In this document: piece after piece, positions 1-8,600 of the stretch
Numbering within the stretch: position 1 is the first letter of the stretch
Layout: each line of letters opens with the position of its first letter
Source of the DNA: Thermoplasmatota archaeon
Lineage (GTDB): Archaea > Thermoplasmatota > Penumbrarchaeia > Penumbrarchaeales > Penumbrarchaeaceae
Assembly (NCBI GenBank): GCA_049472275.1
Contig: JBLIRL010000005.1
Span: 1 to 35,673 of the forward strand
Reading direction: 5' to 3'
Length of the DNA: 35,673 bases
Made by a program: the position numbers and the translations under genes
The notes under the pieces: generated by a model
What the model saw: only the letters and a program-made list of their open reading frames with translations
What the model was told of the DNA's origin: nothing
The model's database searches: none

Positions 1-67
1 ACCAATTCGCTTTTTAAGAAAAAAACCCAGAGAGATATTAATAGAGGGGTGACGTGATTCCTATCTG

Positions 68-1042
68 GTGGGAACTTTGTCCGGACGTTTCACTCTAGCT
101 GTCCTGCTTGTATGTGCGATCATCATGACCGTACTTTCTGCTTCCGTTGCCCGAGGTTCGACTCCAAGTGCACCGGAGAATGTCGTCGCATCTGCGAACG
201 AAGGATCGATATATCTGACATGGTCCTCCCCGATGGACCAGGGGAACTCGTCGATCATCGCCTATCTGATATTCAGGGGGGAGTCGCCGGGAACCGCGGG
301 ATATTATTCCGAGACCGACTCGACCAGCTACGAGGACTTCGGTGTGAATCCGGGAACCACCTATTATTATCAGGTATCGGCACGGAACGATGACGGGGAG
401 GGACCGAGGTCCAACGAGGCAACTGCCATGATATCGATCCCAGCATACTCGCTGTCCGGCCGGGTCACCGACAGGGAATCAGGCGACGGTGTCGATGGTG
501 CCCGTCTTGAATTCCAGAGACAGGGAACCGATCCGGAACAGTTCGAGACATGGACGGATGGTTCCGGCTCATACAACATCGAGCTCCAGGAAGGCGGTTA
601 TCAGGTCAGGATCTCGGCGGACGGTTACGACACCATCGAGGACAATATCTACGTCAACAGCCACCAGACCATGGACTTCGAGTTCGATGAAGGAGGAAAT
701 GGAGGCTCCGAGGACTTCAATCTCTCCGATATACTCGGGATCGACGAGGACGATGTCGAGAGATACGTGATCACCGCGGCCATCATCGCAGGCGCAATAT
801 TTTCCATTCTTCCCTTGACCCTGATAATCGTTATCATACTGCTGATCATGGTATTTTTCAGACTCGGAAAGATAAAAAAGGAGCTGAGGATCAGAAACGA
901 GGAGGACGGTATCTTCCTATCCAAGAGAAGGAAGAGGAAGCACGAGGAAAAAAACAGGAACATCGATGTGAAGAAAGAAGGCCCTCAAGCGCCGGAGGAC
1001 AAGGGCAACAAGAAGATCGAGGTGGAGGAAGAGGAGGATTGA
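68..1042 (+). CDS. Membrane-anchored surface protein: signal peptide, fibronectin type III domain, carboxypeptidase-regulatory-like beta-sandwich, C-terminal TM helix and charged tail
   Basis: Hydrophobic N-terminus. FN3 pattern PSAPENV..LTWSSP..YLIFRG..YED..V.PGTTYYYQVSARN..GEG..SN. CarboxypepD_reg-like SLSGRVTD...TDGSGSYNIEL..G.Y.V.ISADGY. Long hydrophobic stretch followed by a K/E-rich tail. GTG start with GAGGGGTGA upstream. Confidence 0.8.
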   Translation: MGTLSGRFTLAVLLVCAIIMTVLSASVARGSTPSAPENVVASANEGSIYLTWSSPMDQGNSSIIAYLIFRGESPGTAGYYSETDSTSYEDFGVNPGTTYYYQVSARNDDGEGPRSNEATAMISIPAYSLSGRVTDRESGDGVDGARLEFQRQGTDPEQFETWTDGSGSYNIELQEGGYQVRISADGYDTIEDNIYVNSHQTMDFEFDEGGNGGSEDFNLSDILGIDEDDVERYVITAAIIAGAIFSILPLTLIIVIILLIMVFFRLGKIKKELRIRNEEDGIFLSKRRKRKHEEKNRNIDVKKEGPQAPEDKGNKKIEVEEEED

Positions 1043-1065
1043 TGGGGCCCTTTCGGGGAAACACG

Positions 1066-2718
1066 TCACAGGCTCGGGACTTCGATGAAGAACAGAACAA
1101 CCATCAGTACACTGTAGATGAGTAATGTCATCAGGGACATTGTCACGGCCATCACGTTCCGCCAGTTCCTCCCCTCCTCCGCCATTGACGTCCGTCCGAC
1201 CCAAAGAGCCGAAATTGATATCGGAACGAGAATGATCCCTCCAAGCGAGAGGAGGAGCGCCAGCCGGGAATCCTCCCTGTTCCCATGATCGACCTCCGAC
1301 CTCTTCACCACATCGAGCCATTCCGGTCTGTAGAGGTACTCCCTGGCATCCAACCTGGCCGCCTGCCACCATCTTCTCTTGCCCTTGGTGAAATCCCTCC
1401 TTCCAGGAAGCAGTTTCTCCGAGACCTTCGCAAGACACCACTCCATTCCCCCGGCGTACTCGATCTTCTCCCAGGCTCGAAGGACGAGCTCCCAGAGAAG
1501 GAGGGTCATCGGTATCATCACAAGGACGGGGAGCCATCCCATCCTTTCCGGATAGGGCCATATCCGGGAAAGGTCCGGGAACAGCCGGTACAGCAGCCTC
1601 GGCAACACGTCTATGAACTGGTAGGTGTAGACGGTGAACGCGACGTATCCGTACCTCCTCCAGGGCAGTGTCCTTTTACCGAAGGCGGACCCCCTTCCCC
1701 TGAACTCGATGAGCCTGATGAAAAACAGGACTATCACGAGCTGGCCCCCGATAAGGAAGAGGAACCACCACAGCCACAGACCAGGATAGAGGCTCGGAAT
1801 TTGGAAGAAGTTCTCCGTGAAGTTCTCGATATCGGCCGCTCCGAGAAGGATGGCCGAGACCGTTCCTACAAGACCCAAAAGCATGACAGCGGTCCCTATC
1901 AGGATCCCGTTTCGGGGCATCTTCCTGGGGCATCTTTGCTGACAGAGGTAGATCCCGATGATGGATCCGATGAATGCGATTGCCAGGTACGGTAAGAGAG
2001 GTTCGGGATTCCCTCCAAGGGGCGCCATTATGGCCTTGAGAAGGATGTCCCCCACGCTCGATTCACCTATCACCGAATACTGGACCTCAAGCTCACCTGC
2101 AATGGATGAGTGCCAGGTGGCATTGGGATACCCCGGAACGATCGTCCTTAGAAGTTTGTAAACCGGACCTGTGAGGGCTATGCAAAGGCCTGCCAGGAAC
2201 GCGTATATGGCGACGTTCCTTCTCACATTCCTGTGGCCTCCATTTCTTGAGAGGAGGCCCTGCACGATCCCGTTCACGATTATGCAGAGAGCGATGGCGT
2301 GGATCGTCTCCATGTGGTATCCTCTCCAAAGAAGCATGTGCCATTTGTCCGAGTTTCCCATGGCCAGCTCTCCCGCGTATCCGTGATAGCCGATGGCTGA
2401 TTCCACCAAAACCGCGGCAACGAGCAGCATCGATCCTCCCACGACCTGGAACATGACGACCTTCTTCCATGATTTGCCCCGATCAAGGTTCCGGTACATC
2501 GAGATCATGTTGCCGATGGAGCTGACCATCAGGAAGAAGCCCGCCCACGCCGAGAAATACAGAACGAGTATGAAGATCACGAAAACGGCCAGGGGAGCTC
2601 CTTCGAACTCTCCCTCCTTCACCCATTCATAATCGTACCACCTCATGATGACGTGGAAGATCACCATCATCCAGATGGCAAGGCCTCTCATGAAATCGAT
2701 GCTTGCGAACCTTCTCAT
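1066..2718 (-). CDS. Polytopic membrane protein, HGSNAT/DUF1624/acyltransferase-3-like N-terminus
   Basis: N-terminal RFASIDFMRGLAIWMMVIFH matches the R..s.D..RG.ai..Mi..H motif of membrane acyltransferase-like families. Many hydrophobic segments. P.LPYLA motif. Confidence 0.7.
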   Translation of the reverse strand: MRRFASIDFMRGLAIWMMVIFHVIMRWYDYEWVKEGEFEGAPLAVFVIFILVLYFSAWAGFFLMVSSIGNMISMYRNLDRGKSWKKVVMFQVVGGSMLLVAAVLVESAIGYHGYAGELAMGNSDKWHMLLWRGYHMETIHAIALCIIVNGIVQGLLSRNGGHRNVRRNVAIYAFLAGLCIALTGPVYKLLRTIVPGYPNATWHSSIAGELEVQYSVIGESSVGDILLKAIMAPLGGNPEPLLPYLAIAFIGSIIGIYLCQQRCPRKMPRNGILIGTAVMLLGLVGTVSAILLGAADIENFTENFFQIPSLYPGLWLWWFLFLIGGQLVIVLFFIRLIEFRGRGSAFGKRTLPWRRYGYVAFTVYTYQFIDVLPRLLYRLFPDLSRIWPYPERMGWLPVLVMIPMTLLLWELVLRAWEKIEYAGGMEWCLAKVSEKLLPGRRDFTKGKRRWWQAARLDAREYLYRPEWLDVVKRSEVDHGNREDSRLALLLSLGGIILVPISISALWVGRTSMAEEGRNWRNVMAVTMSLMTLLIYSVLMVVLFFIEVPSL

Positions 2719-2874
2719 CCTCTGACCAACCTTTCAGGAGGTTCCACTCTTTCCCGTATCTTCTATATTCCCCCCATTCCCCGCGAACGACCGGTACGGA
2801 TATTAAATCTTTCCAATCCGGCCTTTGGGATGGGGACCTTCATATTCATAAATGATTAGGACATATTCATTTCG

Positions 2875-5595
2875 ATGGCTCCAGGGGGGAAAGTTGCCTT
2901 CGACAACGCGCATTCGATCGAAGCACAGGAGCTCCTCTCGTCCCTCGGAACACAGGTCACGGGTCTCGACGAGAGAAAGGTGGAGGGCATCAGGGGACTC
3001 TTCGGCCCGAACGAGCTGAAGGAGGGAAGGAAGACACCAAAGTGGATGAAGTTCCTCCGGCAGTTCACCGACCCGCTTGTCATAGTGCTCCTCGTAGCCG
3101 CTGGTGTGACGGCGATCATCGAGCCGACGGGGATCGACTGGATCGTCATCGGCGCCATAGTCCTGATCAATGCGACCATAGGATATGTTCAGGAGGAGAA
3201 GGCGGAGGATGCGATCGCCAAGCTCAAGAAGATGTCGGCTCCCAAGGCAATGGTAGTTAGAAACGGCAGAAGGCACGAGATACCGGCTTCCGAACTCGTA
3301 CCGGGGGACATCCTGCACCTGGAATCCGGGATGAGGGTCCCGGCGGATGCGAGGCTCCTCGAGGTTCATTCCCTGAAGGTCAACGAGGCCGCTCTGACGG
3401 GGGAATCGATGGCGGTAGAGAAGACCTCGAGCAGGATCGGGGGAGATGTTCCTCTTGCCGAGAGGACGAACATGGTCTACATGACGACCAACATCGAGAC
3501 CGGCAGGGGGGCGGCGGTCGTAACGGGAACCGGTATGTCAACCGAGATCGGAAAGATCGCGGGGATGATCGACGAGGTCGGACATATGGAGACGCCGCTC
3601 CAGAAGAGATTGAAGAAGCTCGGCAAGACCCTCGGAGGTCTCGTTCTCCTGATCTGCGTTTTCATGCTGGGACTCGAGATCTGGAGAGAATGGCATCACA
3701 TGTCCTTCGGCGTTGCGGTGGAGCTTTTCAAGACAGCGGTCTCTCTGGCTGTCGCGGCTATCCCCGAGGGTCTTCCTGCGGTTGTCACGATAGCACTCGC
3801 GATAGGTCTCAAGACCATGGCATCCCGCAGCGTGATCGTCCGGAAGCTGCCCGTGGTGGAAACACTGGGAAGCGCCACCGTGATATGCACAGACAAGACC
3901 GGGACCTTGACGACGGGGACGATGACAGCGGACGTTCTCTTCATCGGAAACAGGAGGATCAACATCACAGGCACGGGTTACGAGCCGGTCGGGGAGTTCA
4001 GGGTCCGGGGGAAGGGAAGGGATCCTGAGGAACTGGGAGGGGGGTTCAGGAACATAATGCTGGCTTCAATCCTATGCTCTGATGCCACCATAGAGACGGA
4101 AGACGGAAGGAGGAAGGTTCTCGGAGACACGACGGAGGGAGCATTGCTGGTCATGGCAGAGAAGGCGGGATACGATGTGTCCGATCAGCGGAAGCAGGAT
4201 CCAAGGGAGAACGAGCTTCCCTTCGATGCTGACCGCAAGATGATGTCCACGCTGCACAATATCAAAGGAAGCGTTGTGGGTTTCACGAAGGGAGCTCCTG
4301 AGGCGATCATAGGGATCTGCGACCGCGAGATGGACGAAGGCAGAACTATAACGCTCACACCGGAAAGGAAAGAGGAGGTCCTTGATCTGACAACTGGACT
4401 CGCCAAGAAGGGATACAGGACCCTCGCATTCGCCTGCAGCCCGGAGGGAAAGATGGAGGAGAGGATGGTATACCTTGGGATCGTGGGCATCAAGGACAAG
4501 ATGAGAAAGGAGGCGAAGGCGGCCGTTTCGACCGCTAGGAGGGCAGGGATAAGGGCGATCATGATAACGGGCGACCACAAGCTCACTGCGGCCGCGATCG
4601 GAAAGGAGATAGGATTGATAAGGAAGGACAGTGAGGCGGTGAACTGCAGGGAACTCGACGATATGATCGACGAGGAGTTCATAAGGACCATATCAAGCGT
4701 CTCGGTCTTCGCAAGGGCATCCCCCGAGCACAAGGTAAGGATCGTGAAGGGATTGAAGGCCATGGGCGAGGTGGTTGCCATGACCGGGGATGGTGTCAAT
4801 GATGCGCCTTCCCTCAAGATGGCCGATATCGGAGTGGCAATGGGTATAACGGGGACGGATGTCTCGAAGGAGGCATCGGACATGATCATAACGGACGACA
4901 ACTTCGCATCCATCGTTGCTGCGGTGGAGGAGGGGAGATCGATCTATGACAACATCAGGAAGGTCATCCAGTTCCTGCTCTCATGCAACATGGGTGAGGT
5001 TACCCTCATGCTGCTTGCGATAGTTCTCGGTTTCCCGCTGCCCCTGATCGCCCTCCAGATACTCTGGATGAACCTCGTTACCGATTCGTTCCCGGCACTG
5101 GCACTTGTGACTGAGCCCAAGGAGCCGGACATAATGAAAAGGAAACCCAGGAACCCCAAGGAATCGGCGATAACAAGGGACATGATAGTGTCTATTCTGG
5201 TCTCGGCGGGGATCATCACGATCGGCACACTTGGGATCTTCTGGTACAATCATGATTACCTCGGGGACGACAATCTGGCGCATGTGAGGACCCTGGCTCT
5301 GACGACGATGGTTTTCTTCCAGATGTGGACAGCCATCGCAGCCCGGTCAACAACACATACCATGGCGGAGATAGGGTGGTTCTCGAACAGGAGGCTTCTC
5401 GGAGCTATCGCTCTGGCCATCCTCCTGATGCTCCCGTTGATATACGTTCCCTTCATCCAGGATATATTCGGGACGGCAGCGCTTTCCCTGATAGACTGGG
5501 CCCAGGTGGTTGTCGTTAGCGTCTTCGGTCTGATAGCCGTTGAGTTCTGGGAGAAAGTCAACAGGAAGTGGTTCCACTACGGTGCTGCGGCTTGA
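2875..5595 (+). CDS. Cation-transporting P-type ATPase, type IIA (Ca2+-ATPase-like)
   Basis: LTGES, IPEGLP, DKTGTLT phosphorylation site, KGAPE, MITGDH and TGDGVNDAP are all present. TM5 SCNMGEV and TM6 WMNLVTD match SERCA-type Ca2+ ligands. Confidence 0.95.
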   Translation: MAPGGKVAFDNAHSIEAQELLSSLGTQVTGLDERKVEGIRGLFGPNELKEGRKTPKWMKFLRQFTDPLVIVLLVAAGVTAIIEPTGIDWIVIGAIVLINATIGYVQEEKAEDAIAKLKKMSAPKAMVVRNGRRHEIPASELVPGDILHLESGMRVPADARLLEVHSLKVNEAALTGESMAVEKTSSRIGGDVPLAERTNMVYMTTNIETGRGAAVVTGTGMSTEIGKIAGMIDEVGHMETPLQKRLKKLGKTLGGLVLLICVFMLGLEIWREWHHMSFGVAVELFKTAVSLAVAAIPEGLPAVVTIALAIGLKTMASRSVIVRKLPVVETLGSATVICTDKTGTLTTGTMTADVLFIGNRRINITGTGYEPVGEFRVRGKGRDPEELGGGFRNIMLASILCSDATIETEDGRRKVLGDTTEGALLVMAEKAGYDVSDQRKQDPRENELPFDADRKMMSTLHNIKGSVVGFTKGAPEAIIGICDREMDEGRTITLTPERKEEVLDLTTGLAKKGYRTLAFACSPEGKMEERMVYLGIVGIKDKMRKEAKAAVSTARRAGIRAIMITGDHKLTAAAIGKEIGLIRKDSEAVNCRELDDMIDEEFIRTISSVSVFARASPEHKVRIVKGLKAMGEVVAMTGDGVNDAPSLKMADIGVAMGITGTDVSKEASDMIITDDNFASIVAAVEEGRSIYDNIRKVIQFLLSCNMGEVTLMLLAIVLGFPLPLIALQILWMNLVTDSFPALALVTEPKEPDIMKRKPRNPKESAITRDMIVSILVSAGIITIGTLGIFWYNHDYLGDDNLAHVRTLALTTMVFFQMWTAIAARSTTHTMAEIGWFSNRRLLGAIALAILLMLPLIYVPFIQDIFGTAALSLIDWAQVVVVSVFGLIAVEFWEKVNRKWFHYGAAA

Positions 5596-5609
5596 GGATC
5601 TGAATCCTT

Positions 5610-8600
5610 TCATTCCAAAGGTTCCTCATCTTCCCCATATTGCGGAAGCCTCGGTTCCCCCCCGACCTCCTGAACCTCCTCCCGGATCAGCTGTTCGGGG
5701 GGCGGCGCTGCAAAGAACTCGTTGATGGGGCCTCTTGGCTGTTCCTCCTGTGCCGGAGGCTGCTCCTGATCGGAGTATCCCTGACCGGAGGGATCCATAT
5801 ATTCATCCTTCTGGTCTTCCTGCCGAGGGTAAAACTCCTGCCGGTCCCCGGAATAGTACTGCTGCCCGGGATGATCGTATCCCTGCTGTTGATACTGGTC
5901 CTGCTGATAATCCTGCGGATACTCCTGCTGCGGGTAGTACTGCTCCTGTTGATCGTAGTTCCGGGGCTGCTGTTCGGGATAATACTGCTGAGGGTCCTGA
6001 GGATAGTAAGGTTGCTGCTGCTGATCGTAAGCCTGCTGCTGATACTGGTCCTGCTGTTGATCCTGCGGATACTCCTGCTGCGGGTAGTACTGATCCTGCT
6101 GATCGTAGTACCGGGGCTGCTGATCGGGGATCTCCGGAGGCATCTCGCTGGTGTAGACCTCCTCGTACGCCTGTGATATCTGGCTCGGTTGCTCCGCGGG
6201 ATGGAATATGTCGAAGGTATCGTCGATCCCCGCCGGGGTAAGGGGCATTCCGGTGTCAGCGGCTACCGGGCCGATCATCAGGCTCTGGTCCGATCTTCTC
6301 CGGTACCTCACGATCAGGAAAGCGGCCACAAGGGCGGCGACGACAAGGGCGATCACCCCGAATATCACGAAAGCCCAGGGGAAACCCCTGTCCCTCTTCA
6401 CGGGTTCGACAATGTCGTCATCGTCGTCATCATCAACGACGACTGGTGCGGGTATGAATATGGAAACGTTCTCGCTGAATCCCGATTCACCGACCTCGTT
6501 GAGAGCCGTTATCCAGTAGGTATAGTTGTTGCCTCCGGAAACGTCAATGTCGATGTATCCCTGGATCATGAAGTCGTTCTCCCAGTAGAGGAAGGACCTG
6601 TTGCCGGAGTTGACGGCCCGGTACACATTGTAGCCGACCAGGTCAGCGCCTCCCGTGAACTTGGGGACCGCCCATGTGATCCTGACCCCGCCTTCGTAAA
6701 GCTCCGCCTTGGGGGTCCTCGGCGGGGTCGGTTTCCCTATGGGGATCCCCTTCAGTGAGGCGGAAGGTTCAGATTCACCGGCATCGTTGACGGCGGTGAC
6801 GTAATAGAAGTAATCGAGACCGTTGACCACATCCGTATCGTTGAAGTGCAGCTGGTCACCGGATATGTTGGCATAGAATCTCACGTTATCCGTCCCGTTC
6901 GCCCTGAAGATCTTGTACTCCCTTATCCTGGAACCCATCAGTTCGGCGGGGGTCTCCCAGGTCAGATTGATGTACCCGTCACCGGGTGTCACCGCCAGGT
7001 TCCTGGGCTCTCCGGGCAGACCCACGGGATAGACCTCAAGTATGTTCCCGACGGCGGATTCCCCGGCGTCGTTCACCGCCCTCACGTGGTAATAATAATA
7101 ACGACCGATCTGAAGGCCCTCGTCCTTGAAGCGGTTCTCCGGTGTGGTCTGGATCAGCTCGTAGGTGATGTAGTAGCCGAAAAGGTTGGAGGTGGGGATC
7201 GTATGAGCCTCCATCTCCGGCGGCTCCCAGGAGAGCTTTATGGCCGCACGACCCTTGGTGTTGTAGTACTCTATCTTGATCTGGTGTTCTCCCTCCAGGA
7301 GGTAGACACTGGCCGAAAGGCTCTCGTGCCAACCATCCTTCCAAACGTTGATAACCGGTATGTTGTCCACCCACAGCCGGACGCCCCCGTCCGTCTTGAT
7401 CATTATTGTGTAGGAACCCGTGTAGGAAGCTTTCAGGTATCCGTCCCATCTCACTGAGAAGTTGTTGTCCTCCATCCTGGGGATCGGAGGGTTCTCCCCC
7501 CAGTCGAAATCTATCACGTAATCCTGGTTCTCGAAGGATAGGTTGGTCAGGTCCGGCTCGTTGTAATAGCGCCCCATAAGTCCCCCGGATATGAGATCTC
7601 TCGTACCTCTGTAAAGGTTGAAATGATGGAAATACGGATCGGGACTCCTCTTCCACGTAAGGTCAGCTCCTCGGTCGCAGGGAGTGTATTCGAGGGAATT
7701 CACCGGAGGGGGCAGCTTCTTGGGGACCGCGGATACGTTGTTGGATGGAAGGGACTCCCCCATAATGTTCCTTGCGAAGATCCTGTAATAGTATGTCTGC
7801 CTGTTATCCACGACCGTATCGTTGTAGTACCGTTTTTCGGGTCCCAGCTGCATGAGGTCGAAGAAAGTGTTGAGGTCAAGACCCCTCTCTATCCTGTATC
7901 CGGTGATGTTCGATCCCTTGTTCATTAGAGGAGGCTTCCACGAGATGTTGACGAACCTGTCCCCGGATCTGACAGTGAGGTTCACGGGCGGTGTGGGCCG
8001 GCCTTTGGGGGTTGCCTCCATGAGGTCCTCGCTCAGGGATTCCCCGGCCTCGCTGTATGCAGTCACGAGATAATGATAGGTCACACCGTACGATAGATCT
8101 GTATCGTTGAACCATTGTACGGTTGGAGTTGTCTCGTTGTACAGAGTGATGTTGTCGATGGCTATCCCTCTGTAGATGCGATATCCTTCGAGGACATGCG
8201 TACCCAGCGAGACTGGAGGCCCCCACGACAGGTTGACGAAGAGGTCTCCCGAACCAATATCCGGCGAGGTCGGAGGCAGAGGTGCTCTCCATTCCATCGA
8301 GAAGAAATCAAAATCATCCAATATCTCGGCCTCACCAAGCGGCCTCCCGAAGATCCTGACCCTATCGATCAGGCCATTGAAGGTGTCCTGGTTCCCCTGT
8401 CCAACCATCAGATTTGTCGTGCAGTTCAGATCGAAAAGTCCCGGATCGAAGGGGCCTGAGGTCCCCTCGAGCTCTCCGTTAATGTAAATATGTAGGTGCC
8501 CCGCCTCGGAATCCCTCACCGCAACGATGTGGTTCCACCCCGGATAGAGACCCGTATCGCTGGTAACTGAGAAACCGCAGTTCCATTCGAGCAGATGCCC

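Noticed and set aside
917-1995. ORFs 917-1561 (-) and 1285-1995 (+)
   Set aside because: Alternate-frame or antisense shadows of the 550-aa membrane protein; no recognisable motifs.
5872-6129. Repeats considered as a CRISPR array
   Set aside because: Only two long in-frame copies lie inside a CDS, with no repeat-spacer structure and no cas genes.
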